Positions 26,044 through 37,229 of a stretch of 64,000 nucleotides of DNA are shown here, one piece after another. The DNA lies in the NCBI GenBank assembly GCA_013265495.1, contig MU058781.1, forward strand, positions 10,955,009 through 11,019,008, given 5' to 3'. The DNA is from Vicugna vicugna (lineage: Eukaryota). Position 1 is the stretch's first letter, and each line of letters starts with the position of its first letter. Both the position numbers and the translations under genes were made by a program. The notes beneath the pieces were generated by a model. It had not been told where the DNA came from. It worked only from the letters and a program-made list of their open reading frames with translations, and did not search any database.

Positions 26044-26355
26044 AACAAAAACAAAGCATAAATACAGGACAGAAATAGACTCATGGACAGAGAATACAGA
26101 CTTGCGGTTACCGGGGCGGGGGGGGTAGAGGGTGGGAAGGGATAGACTGGGATTTCAAAATTGTAGAATAGATAAACAAGATTACACTGTATAGCACAGG
26201 GAAATATACACAAAATGTTATGATAAATCACAGAGAAAAAAATGTGACAATGAGTGTGTATATGTCCATGAATGACTGAAAAATTGTGCTGAACACTGGA
26301 ATTTGACATGACATTGTAAAATGATTATAAATCAATAAAAAATGTTACAAAAAAA
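26044..26355 (+). mobile_element. Young L1 3' UTR-only insertion with 17-bp TSD
   Basis: Nearly identical to the 3' UTR at about 43970-44270. TSD is AAGATAAACTGGAATCA (26027-26043) / AAGATAAATTGGAATCA (26356-26372), with an A-tail. Confidence 0.96.
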
Positions 26356-27942
26356 AAGATAAATTGGAATCACTGTATGGACATCTGAAGAATCCTGTGC
26401 TCCACTTAAACATGACTCCACATTTGAAAAGAGTTGTCTCTCTCCATTCTATATTCTATATTCTATATTCATCCTAAAGATGGATAACAATATGCTACTA
26501 TATTGCCCCTAGGTTTTCCCTCTTTGTTTATTTGAAAAAGTGCAAGCAATCCATTAAGGTTAAAGAGATAACATTAAGGAATGCAGCTGCAATGGTTGTA
26601 CAGTAGATGACTCTGGCCTGTGCTTAATCTAGGGCCCTGTTTAAAAGAGCTTTTTGATTTTAATTAAAATAAAATGGGCCCTGGAAGAAAATGCATCACC
26701 TCCAGCGAGGATTGTATGTGGTTTATTCTCTGTAATTTTGCCCATCACTCTGCTGGCTGTTGCTTTTTCCACAGCTCTTAAATGGTGTCTAAATTGACCA
26801 GCTCTGTTGCCAAGGAAACGGACAGGACAATGCTAATAGAAGCTACTTAGGACACACTGTGAAAAGCTCAGAAATAAAATTGTTTGACATGAAAGACACC
26901 ATGTCAGCAGCCCAGCAACTCTGTTAAAGGCTGCATAAGCAGAAGATGGTTACATGTCTCCCCCTACTCTTTTCCCTCAAAATCTCTCCTAGAAAATGGA
27001 TTCTGTCCTGGGAGTTTGGACAGCTTTTTCTACAAGAATCACTTTGTATTTCTAACTCAAAGTAGAGAAAGAAAATCTTCATGTTGTGGTTTCGAAGCAC
27101 CCAGAATAGACTTCAATTTGTACCCATGGAAATGAGCTGCCTTGTTTTTATCCTTCTTTCTAGCAACCAAGTCCTCTCCCCTCATGAATAAATTGCAAAT
27201 ATTCTTCTGAATTTTCTAAGATTGTTAATTAAAATCCACTTGATTTAAGCTGCTTCTCCCATTTTGCACTCACAAACCATAAATTATGGAGGAGGTCAAA
27301 GAATGAATGGCAATTTGACATGAAGAGGGTGATTTATTGCTTCAGAAGGAGTTTTTTACCAGATGTGGCAGGAGTCATAAATTAAATGCTAAATGTTATG
27401 TATTATTATGCTTTCAGGAATATAAATGTGTCTAAAATGCTATGCAGGTGGAATGATAAAAATATGAATCTACTCTCCTGGCAATTTTAAAAGGCCTTTT
27501 AAAGCTGTCAAAAGGAAAATCAGCAGAAAAACTATCTAGATGAGGCCCTCAAATGCCTTTTACAGCACACCCCTAGCTTATAAAAGTAACCCTTTCCTGT
27601 AATATACTGGACATTGGCTTGTGGTGGCTTGGGTGGGAAAAGAGCTAAAGAATTCTTTCATCTGAGAAAAGAGAAGAATGAGAAAGGAAAAAAAAATCCA
27701 GAAAGCTCTGTGCTCCTGTGACATTATGACACAAACTCAAATCACTATTTCTCATCGAATCTTCTACAGATGACCATAATTTAATTTATCAAACCTCATG
27801 TGAATCTGGGCAGGACAGGATGAAATGTGCCTAACTCCACCTTCAGCTGGAGTGGCTATAATTATTCAGCTTAAAATATAGAAACAGGACAAGATTCAGG
27901 TACATGAAAGCTGGGAGCTGGAAAGAACAGTAGGAGAAAATT

Positions 27943-27956
27943 TCACTAGAGGGCAG
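27943..27956 (+). promoter_or_regulatory. CTCF-like motif
   Basis: TCACTAGAGGGCAG matches CCASYAGRKGGCRS at 13 of 14 positions. Confidence 0.4.
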
Positions 27957-28482
27957 AAGTCATAAATGGAAGGGCTCACCTTTGGGTGGAAGTCCTTTCT
28001 GACGTGGAGCTGAGCGGTAGAACTAAAGGCAACAGCTGATTATCAGTTAATGCCTGGGCTTGCAGTCCCTCTGGACACAAATGTGGAAAAGGTAATTTGT
28101 CTGACTCCTGCCTCCCTCGTCCCAGCACTCCATCTCTTCTCTCAAATCCCCACCCTTCCAAGGCCGAGACAAGCACTGTCTCCATTCATGCAGGACCTCA
28201 GCTGAGAACTTCCATTCAGGCATGCTCTTCCTAAGTCTGAAAACCAGCTCCCTATCTACTATGCAATCAGCCCCAGGGAGAGTATAGAGCCAGGTGCGTC
28301 CTTGACATGCTAGTGTTCCTCACTAGATACACTTGCTGCCTGAATCCTGCAGAGCACTGGCATCATGAGACATGAGCCAGCTGCACAATGTATGAAGAGC
28401 AAAGCCACACAGACAGGGAGTGTGTGTGCTGAACAATGCTCTGAAGAAATGAAAGAGTCTCATAACCATTAGGTGCTCTGAG

Positions 28483-28675
28483 GAAGGTTGCCAGATTTAG
28501 CAAGTAAAAATATAGAATGCATAGTTAAATTTAAATTTCAAGTAAACAGCAAATAAATTTTTAATATAAGTATGTCCCTTGAAATACTTGGGACACACAC
28601 TTTTTTTAAAAAGTATGTACTAGTTATCTGAATATAAATGTAACTGGGCATCCTGTATTTTATCTGAGAACTCTA
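28483..28675. mobile_element. MER53 palindromic hAT MITE
   Basis: GGTTGCCAGAT...GTTAAATTTAAATTTCA...TATAAGTATGTCCC...GGGACA...TAACTGGGCATCCTGTATTTTATCTGAGAACTCTA. The flanking 8-mers GCTCTGAG / GTTCTAAG match 6/8, as for a decayed hAT TSD. Confidence 0.88.
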
Positions 28676-29289
28676 GTTCTAAGTCAATACCAATTAACTC
28701 AAGGTGATTGCTAAATTATATCAGCCATAGTTGGCAGCATCTTGATAAAGAAAGTCTGCAGTCCATGGCTGTTATGCAGCCATCACACTACGGTCAGGCT
28801 TCTGTTCCAAAGAGAAGAGTAATTATAGTTATTCCCACCACCACATCAACAGAATCATGGTTCAGGAATAGTGCGGAAAACTGAGTCAGAAAATTAAGAT
28901 AATGCTGGAAGAGTACAAGAGTACAGAAGGAAGAGCTACTTATACCACACAATTTCCAGATGGCCAGCACATCCTTCTATTCCTGAACAACGTCACAGTA
29001 AATGATCAGGCACTAAAGATAAACACCAGGTAGGACCACAGAACACTATGACAGTCCCTCTCAGCTTGTGTCCTGGTATGTTTTCTCACCATCTTAAATA
29101 AAGGGCATTATGCCAGACCTTGCACAGCTCAGACCCTCTTGCTGATCCCAAGAATAAAGAAGAGGGAACAATTATTTTCTATACAAATAATGCCATTTCA
29201 CCAAAACCTAACAACAGCCACATATTCAAAAAGAAAGCTCTTTAAGTTTGAGCAATGCCTGCCAAAACAACTTCACAAAATCTCACCTC

Positions 29290-29490
29290 ATCCTGGCTTG
29301 TGCATCTCTTCCCTGGGCTGATTTTATTCTGTATCATTTCACTGTAATAAACCATAACTATGAGTTTAACAGCTTTTGATGAGGTCTATGAGTCCTTCCA
29401 GCAAAGTATCAAACCTGAGGCTGATCTTGTGAACACTCAAATTTGAAATTGCTCTCAGAAGTAAGATAGGTTTTACGTAACTACCTAAAC
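29290..29490 (+). mobile_element. MER21-like ERVL LTR fragment
   Basis: AATAAACCATAACTATGAGTTTAACAGCTTTT...GAGTCCTTCCAGCAAAGTATCAAACCTGAGG...CAGAAGT. Confidence 0.65.
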
Positions 29491-30059
29491 TTACATAGGA
29501 AAAATACATCTAAAAATTCTCTTATTAATCTCTGAGAGAGATAAAGAAGATATTGTTATCCATGATAGAGTAAAAAAAATCTATAAAAGAAGTATTCAGA
29601 GAACATAAAGTATGATTTTTGAAATTAAAATTAATTACATAAAAATAGAAAATCCCAATAGGAGAAATTAAGTGTGGAAAATTCTCAGGAAGTAAAGCAA
29701 AAAGACAAAGACTGAAAAAAATAGGAGGGAAAAAAACAAGAAAAGTAAAGGATTAAACATCTAAATAATAAACATACCAGAAGGAGAGACAGAGAAAATG
29801 GAGGGAACCTAACCATCAAAGTGAACTAGAAGGCACGCATTTTCAGACTGAAAGAGCCAACAAAGTAAATACACAGTCCAGGAAAATGGATGAAAATAGT
29901 TACATCACTATGAAATTTCACAACACTGGAGACAAAAAATGATCTTACAAACTTTCAGAAAGAAAAAAAAAGTCATTTTCATTTTACATAATTTAATGTA
30001 AAAATCAGCAGTTTTAAGAAGCCATTAAATTTCTGACGGAAAGGGACTTTTACTACTCA

Positions 30060-31668
30060 ATAAGGCCATTTAAAGCATCATACGTGTAATGATAGAAATT
30101 GCTTAAAAAATTAGCTATAAAAATGTCATTAGTTCATAATGATCTCAAATAAAAAGAAAGAGATAATAATATTTGATCATATAAAAGATTTCCAAAGTAC
30201 CACTCATTACTCTGAAAACTACAGCTGGTTCTCAACTTGTGATGATTAGACTTAAAATTGTTCAGCTTTACAGTGGTGTGAAAGCACTAAACATTCAGTA
30301 CAACCTGTATTTTGCATTTTGAATTTTGATCTTTTCCTGGGCTAACAATAAGCAGTACAACTCTCTCTCTGTCTCTGTCTTTCATTTTCTCAGCTGGTCA
30401 GCAGGAGTGAGCCACGTCTTACTTACAGTCAACCACACAATCATCAGGGTAAATAATTAGTACACTTACAATCACTATGAACCCACACAACCATACTGTT
30501 TTTCACTTTCAGAATAGTATTCCATAATTTTCATGAGATATTCAATACTTTACTATAAAATAGGCTTTGCCCAACTGTAAGTTAGTCTTCTGAGTACATC
30601 TGAAACAGGCTAGGCTAAGCTATGATCTTTAGTACATTAAGTGCATTAAGTGCAATTTGACATACCATATTTTCAACCTATGCCGGGTTATCAGGACATA
30701 ACCCCATTATAAACTGAGAAAAATCTGTAGTAATTAAGTGGAAAAGATTATGTTATTCTTCTGGTATGAACTGTATAGCCCTCCTGAATGTGGAAGGGTT
30801 CTTCAGTCAAGGGATTTCCAACTAATATATGAATAGGAATAATAGAATTAGAAAAATAACCAACTTACAACTTATATAATGAGATTGCTGATTCAGACAG
30901 TTATCATTAATGGATATTAAAACAATTAGGTGAAAAATATGGAGAATTTTACAAAGAAGAGAGGAGGCTATCACTACTTGAGCCAGCCACTGTTCTGAGA
31001 AAAACTAAGAGACTGTCCACTTTTGGAATATTGTTGCCGAAAGAGTTGGATCAGAATCCAGTCAAGGTAATTTAAGCCTACCTTCTGGTCTACAAGAAAT
31101 ATGAAAAACAGAGAAACAGGTTGAACCGGCTATGAGAAGGCAATCAGCCAAATCCAGAGTATGGGACATTCTTGTTACTTCAATGGTGAGGGAGGTGGGG
31201 GGAACAGGTAAGGCTATGAGAGAAGAGACTTTGGGGATTAAAAGAGACTTCAAAATTACAACAACCAAATACGATGAGCAGAAATTTTTTGGATCTTGAT
31301 TCAAATAAAGCATCTATAAAAATATTTATAGACAATCAGAGAAAATTGAATATGGACTTGCTTTGGTGTGATATAAAGGAATTATTGGCAATTTTGTTAG
31401 ATATGATAATGGTATTGTGCTTAAGGAAGGACATGCCCTTTATTCTATTTTGGAGATTCATCCTGAATCAGTTAGAGGTGAAAAATGTCTGGGATTTGTT
31501 TTAAAATACTCCAGCAAAACAAACAAAAAGGTAGGTGGATAGATGAATGAAACAAGTAGGCAAAATGTTGGTAATTGTTGAAACTGATAGTTTTTTGATG
31601 AGTACATGGAATTTCTCTGAACTCTGCTTTTTTATATGTTCAGAAATTTTCATAATAAATTTTTTTCT
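30060..31668 (+). mobile_element. L1MC-type 3' UTR inserted in HAL1
   Basis: ATAGAATTAGAAAA...CAATCAGCCAAATCCAGAGTATGGGACATT...GGCAAAATGTTGGTAATTGTTGAA...AAATTTTCATAATAAA. Confidence 0.72.
30222..30727 (-). mobile_element. MER47/Tigger5-type TcMar-Tigger MITE
   Basis: CAG...CTG termini flanked by TA (30220-30221 and 30728-30729). Internal GGCTAGGCTAAGCTATGAT and TTTTGAATTTTGATCTTTTCCTGGGCTA are diagnostic. Confidence 0.88.
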
Positions 31669-33639
31669 AAAGTTTTGAAGGAAATTATTTCTAATTGAGA
31701 ATTCTAACCTGGCCAGACTTTTTAATTAAGTGCAGCAATAAAATAAAGACATTTTCAGACATACAAGTTATAAAATAACTCATCTTTCATATAGTTTTCT
31801 ACCTTTCTCAGGAAGCTACTGGAGGATATACCCAGTCAAAATGAGGGGGGAAATCAATAAAGAGGAAGACCTTGGGTTCAGAAAACAGGGATTCAATATA
31901 TGAGAAAGTCAAAGGTAAAAATGAGGGAGGTTAAGTAAAATCTCTGGATGAAATCAGAAATAGAAATTAATCCAGATGAGAAGGTGCCAACAGGCTCTAG
32001 GAGATGTTTCTTCCAGAAGACAAATTGAAAGAATACCAGATGTGAAAGAACATATCTAGCATAGATTTACATACTGATGTGCAGAGTTTGGGATGAAATT
32101 AGTGCTAAATCCAAAGAAAGTTGAGCTAATGTATTTTTAAAAGATAATATAAAACTATTTTTTAATTGCTATGCAGGATAGCAAAAATAATCAAAGTATA
32201 TTATATGTCTCAGGCATAAATAGTTTTAATATAGCCATGATAATGTAAATACAGAATAATAATCTATTCAAAATTATGATTACGTATTGGGGGCATGGAA
32301 AATAGGAAGGATCCCTGTGCAGAATAGGACTACTGGCATGCGTATAAAAGAAACCTAAATTCTCATCCTCCACAGTACAAAGTCAATAGATAATTTTTAA
32401 AACTAAAAAGTCAAGAAGCAGTAATAACATCATGTTAAATAGAATTATGAAAGTAAATACAAAAAGTTATTTCCTCTAGGAAAGTGAGAAACAGAAGGTG
32501 TAACATGGATATGCTGCTTTTATTAACAAGCAACATAAAAGTAGTTGACTCTTCTAACTATATGCATGTATGCAACTTTGATAAAAAATAAAAAATTAAA
32601 GAACTTATTTTAAAAGAGTAATATAAACCTATTACTTTGAGATACAGCAATAAGTCCAAAATAATCAACTAAAAGAGTTGAAAGTGATTATCTCAGGGGA
32701 ATAAGAAATGTGCAAGTTTGGCTTTGATTTAAAAAATTAAAATTTAATAATAAAAATGCTAATGAGTCCTTCTGGAGACACCTTGGTCTGATGAAGTAAA
32801 AATGGATCTGATCAGGAGAGAAAGGATTTTATCCTCTTTCAATATAACAGCACAAGCTAATTATTCCTACAATCAAAGTAATGTTTTCCCCTTCAGGAAG
32901 AGCCTTGTTATTTCAATTAGACATATTCACTAACAGGCCCATAAATATTTCTAATTAGCCTGTTTGCTTCCATTTTATGAGACTGCTTTCAAATTAGCAC
33001 CCACATTCTATAGAAATGGAAGGAGAATCTTGGAAGACTGTAATTTCCCTCTCAAGGAAGGAAGGACAATGGATCGCATGTCCAAAAAGAACTACTTATT
33101 AGATTCAAGCCATTTATAGAGCATGTTATTTAGAGCAACATACTTGTCAAACTTGGATAGAAGACTATAAGTGAGTAGCAGTTTCAACCAATTATTTTCA
33201 GGTCTTCAAGCAAATGTGATAGAAGGGTATAGGCAAAGCATTAGGAGAGAAATAGCATGGTGTTCATGCCCCGCTTCCTCAGGCTGTGATCTCATCTGGC
33301 CTTCCCTACTGAAGAAACACCACAGGGAGCTCTGCCACAACCAAAGAATGGGCCGGGCAATCAAGGACTCAAAAGTGCATCAGAGCCTCAAAATTCAGAC
33401 GAAGTTAGCAGTAACAACATTAGACCACAGTGGAAATATGCTTTATCTTGAGATGCCTATAACCCAATAATTGCTCAATAAGTTACTATCATCATCATCA
33501 AAATCACCACAATTTTGGAACACTTCTAAGTGGATATGGCTTAAAGAATAAAAAAAAATAGAATTTTGATATTACAGGAGGTGAATGGAGGTGAACAATC
33601 TAAGGCATGTGATTGTTTGAAAGATAGTAACTGCATTTT

Positions 33640-33850
33640 TTCCTAAGTGCTAACTATGGTCCAGGCACTGCGCTTGACAGTTTACATATATTATCTTTAA
33701 CAAGTACAACAGTTCTGAAGAGGTGGTATTATTAGCCCCAAAGAGGTTCTGAGGTGCAAAGAGAAGCAATGATTTCTTCAAGGTCCCATAAATGATAAGT
33801 GGTGGAGGCTGGGCTAAGTCCTTTCTGGGTCCAAAGCCCTAGCGTCTTGC
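33640..33850 (-). mobile_element. MIR SINE
   Basis: TAAGTGCTAACTATGGTCCAGGCACTG...TTTACATATATTATC...GAGGTGCAAAGAGAAG...TCCAAAGCCC. Confidence 0.75.
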
Positions 33851-34168
33851 AATTCTTCTTGTCTTCCACTTGGATAACATTTGATAAATAAATTTCCCCA
33901 TGAATTTTTACAAACATCATCATATTATATATATTCACATTGCCCTTATTATATAGAAAGGACCTATTAGTCTCAATTTTCAAGAAAAGAAATCTTGACC
34001 TGGATAAGATGGGCAATTAGCCCAAGATCACACCTGTAATAAGGAACAAAGTCGGAATTTCACTCCAGATGGTGGGATTCTCAGCCCATCACACCATCTA
34101 CAAAAGATTAGGACCAATGCCTATCCTTATGTGGAAGTTCTAAAATGAACCCCCTTTTAGGTTTAAAA

Positions 34169-34298
34169 TAAGATGACCATATACAGCTTACCCCAATAGG
34201 GAAAGTTGTGAGGGTGAAAGGGGGTGCTATTAGTTATAATGCTGAGCAATAGATGTAAAGCAGCCTATCCCAAGCAAGTAGGACTTATGGTTACTCTC
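34169..34298 (-). mobile_element. MER94-like hAT-Blackjack MITE
   Basis: TAAGATGACCATAT...GTGAAAGGGGGTGCTATTA...ATGGTTACTCT, about 130 bp with inverted termini. Confidence 0.7.
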
Positions 34299-34484
34299 TA
34301 GAGAAAGCCCTAGCCATTATTCCCATTGAATCATTCTTCCTTGACAGAGTGGGAAAAATAATTGATATCTGCCTCAATTTAATCATTGTATTCAACATCA
34401 GGTGACGATGACCCTTTGGAAGAAGCAATGTATGTCTCATGCTTTATTTGCCTTTCAAGCTGAGTGGTTCACCATCTTCTAGAA

Positions 34485-34712
34485 TAAGGGTCAGCAAATA
34501 ACAACACAATGGCCAAATTCTGCTCACTTGCCACCCGTTTTTGTAAATAAAGTTTTATTGGAACACAGCTGCACCCATGTGTTTACACATTGTCTATGGC
34601 TGCTTTTGTGCTACCTCAGCAAAGCCAAGTAGTTGCAGCAAAGACCCTATGGCCCACGAAGACAAAAATATTTACTGTCTGGCTCTTTACAAAAAGCATT
34701 TGTCTATGCCTG
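34485..34712 (+). mobile_element. MER58A hAT-Charlie MITE
   Basis: GGGTCAGCAAA...TTTTTGTAAATAAAGTTTTATTGGAACACAGC...AAAATATTTACTGTCTGGCTCTTTACA. 8-bp TSD TTCTAGAA (34477-34484) / TTTTAGAA (34713-34720). Confidence 0.9.
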
Positions 34713-35057
34713 TTTTAGAACATAAAATCCAAACTCCTCAGCAAACACATGAGGCCCTCCATGATCTGGCCCTGCTCTCTTTCAGCCTCATGCCTCCATA
34801 CTCCACTTTGAACATTATTCTCATTCTCAGTACCTGCCTATTTTTTTAGAAGCTCTCTTCGTACTTTTCCCTGTTCTTTTGATGAACACTATTCCAGGGT
34901 GTTGTGAGGATTAAGTGTCTAAAAGAACGTCTAACACACAGGAAGCATTCAGTTAATGTACTTTTATTACTGTTATTATTATTATTGTTTTATTCTTATT
35001 TTTTGCAGTATAATTTTAAACAAGTCATCCAGCTTCTCCTGTTTTTCTTTTTGCCAT

Positions 35058-35108
35058 TAAAATAAAATAAAATAAAATAAAATAAAATAAAATAAAATAA
35101 AATAAAAT
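35058..35108. repeat. (TAAAA)10 pentanucleotide microsatellite
   Basis: Perfect run, read directly. Confidence 0.96.
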
Positions 35109-36873
35109 CTATTACTGTGTACTACAAAGAGATTAGCACTCAAAAGTGTCAGTAAACTGTAAAGTGCTGGGCATACAGAAGGTTTTAACATTAAAAGCTG
35201 CCCAGGATTTTCCCTCATTGTTTGTTCACCCAACCCAAACCCTGACTATCCATATATAAAAAGGAGGATAAGTCAAAAAGCAAAAACCAGAGTTTGAAGA
35301 GCTATTTAGGATTATTTCTAACGTGGTATTGACAGTCTCACGGGGAACATCAGTAAGCCCAACAGTAGGATGAAAGATGGTACCTGGAAACATCAGCATG
35401 ACCTCCTTTACAGACTGATGCAGCATCTTCATTATTTACAGAGCCTCTGGACTTATGAATGGCTTTTCTGCCACCTTGTTTTACACGAATTCCAACTTTT
35501 CTTTCTGTATTTGTGCGATTGGATACACTATTAGTCATCGAGTTTACTGATAGCAGGGGGGGAAAACACATGTTAAAAACACACACCATGCACACCAAAT
35601 GGATCTTTAATTTCAGGCTGCCATTCCTTTCATTGAACTCCTCTCAGGGTTTCCTGCAGTGTGAATAATCACAGAGTGTCTGGCCTGCTTTTTTCTTACA
35701 GACGCATGACCTGGCACTAGAAACATTCATCAGAAGGAAAAGGTTCTCTCAGAAGGGCTTATTGAGAACAGGACTATGGAAGTCTGCACAGGAAAGCCAT
35801 CTTCCACAAATGTTTATGCCCAAACTGGTCTTAGGCACCAAACACCTAATACTTAATTTTGTAGTTAATGACACTGAAACCTAAAAATGTATAGCAATGT
35901 GTTCAAAACCAGAATCAAATTTTATGCTAAGCTCAACTGTCCAACTAAAAATCCACGTAGTGACCATGAGACTAAAATTGCTATGGGCAGAAGCAGTGTC
36001 TAAAATTATTTTCATCTTACAGATAAAAATGCAGAGATTCAGAGAAATTGGGTAATTTAGTCAGAATTACAAAGTCAGCCAGTTTTTAAAGCCAAGTCTT
36101 TTGTAAAATAGAAACATACTCTAGGATGTTACCAGGGGCCCACCCAGAGGTAGAAGACCACCTTGAGAACTCAAAGCAGCCAACGCCTACCTTGCTTTAC
36201 TTCAAACATAACATAAACTTGTCATTTATCACTTTAAAAGTTTTTTTTACCCCCACATGATTAATTGATTTTGACCAAATTAACATAAAGCCAAGTTAAA
36301 GTCAAAAGAGGTTAAATTACATGTCTAAAGTTCACAATTAAATAAGATTTTTCAACTCAAAGCCCAGTATTATTCCGCTCAGAATGCACACCCCCATGTT
36401 ATGGAGATTTCCTATTGTTCTTGACATTCAGAGACAGAGATAGGTAAATGTCTCATTTGTTTAATTGTCCTGGGTTCATCTTCGTTTTACTTTCCAGCAA
36501 AATATTTTATAAATAAACCTCTCTCAAGAACTAGCATCACCGAAATTACATAAATCTTACCAGTGAAACTAGGGTCATCTTGCTGATTTGTAGTTATGAA
36601 TTTATGATCCGCCCCTCCTTTTTTTTTTTAATAATGTGATTTCTGATCTTTCATAAAAGCCACAGCTTGAATCACATTTATAAAAATATCACTGAATTAC
36701 ACCCTTTCAGCAAGAAGATTGGTTTAGTAACTTATGATCTCAGTCTCTTTAGCTTTTCAGTGCCATTAATTCTGTAATTTCATCATTTTTTTCCCTGCAT
36801 TGGGGGAGATAAGGAAAGGAAAGGGAGAGAGAACACAAACCATACCATGATTTTCTGAGTAAATTGAACAAAA

Positions 36874-36883
36874 GTGACGTCAC
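36874..36883. promoter_or_regulatory. Full palindromic CRE (GTGACGTCAC)
   Basis: TGACGTCA with palindromic flanks, in apparently non-repeat, CpG-poor DNA. Confidence 0.45.
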
Positions 36884-37164
36884 AGAACTGGGTTACATCC
36901 CATTAAAGAGACTATCCAGAACAGCAATGCAGTCTATGAAGAAACTAAAAAGCTCCTCCACGGTGGTCAAAGGGGAAAGCGAGTATTGAACCTAATAGGA
37001 TTTTATCTCTGAAGTGGATGCACAGTTACAAGCAGCCAAGGAGTGTCGGAACACTGTTAAGTGCCAAATCCTACAGTGCAGACAACTTAAGACGATCCTT
37101 CATTTTCTGAGTGGCAAACTTTATCCACTGTATAGCCCAGATATACATCTGTAGCTGCCACCAC

Positions 37165-37229
37165 CTTCTCTCTCTCCTTCTCTCTTTCAAACACACACAA
37201 ACACACACACGCACGCAGGCACACACACA
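37165..37229. repeat. Imperfect (CT)n-(CA)n compound microsatellite
   Basis: Read directly. Confidence 0.85.

Larger units (their letters stand above)
29495..32755 (+). mobile_element. HAL1 (half-L1, ORF1-only) element, interrupted by nested insertions
   Basis: GAGAGATAAAGAAGATATTG...TCAGAGAACA lies upstream of the inserts. AATAAAGACATTTTCAGACAT...TTTCTCAGGAAGCTACTGGAGGAT resumes at about 31740. A-rich 3' ends at about 32600 and 32750. Confidence 0.7.

Noticed and set aside
27486..27503. Perfect 18-bp palindrome TTTAAAAGGCCTTTTAAA
   Set aside because: Low complexity, and a palindrome of this length is unremarkable in 64 kb of AT-rich DNA.
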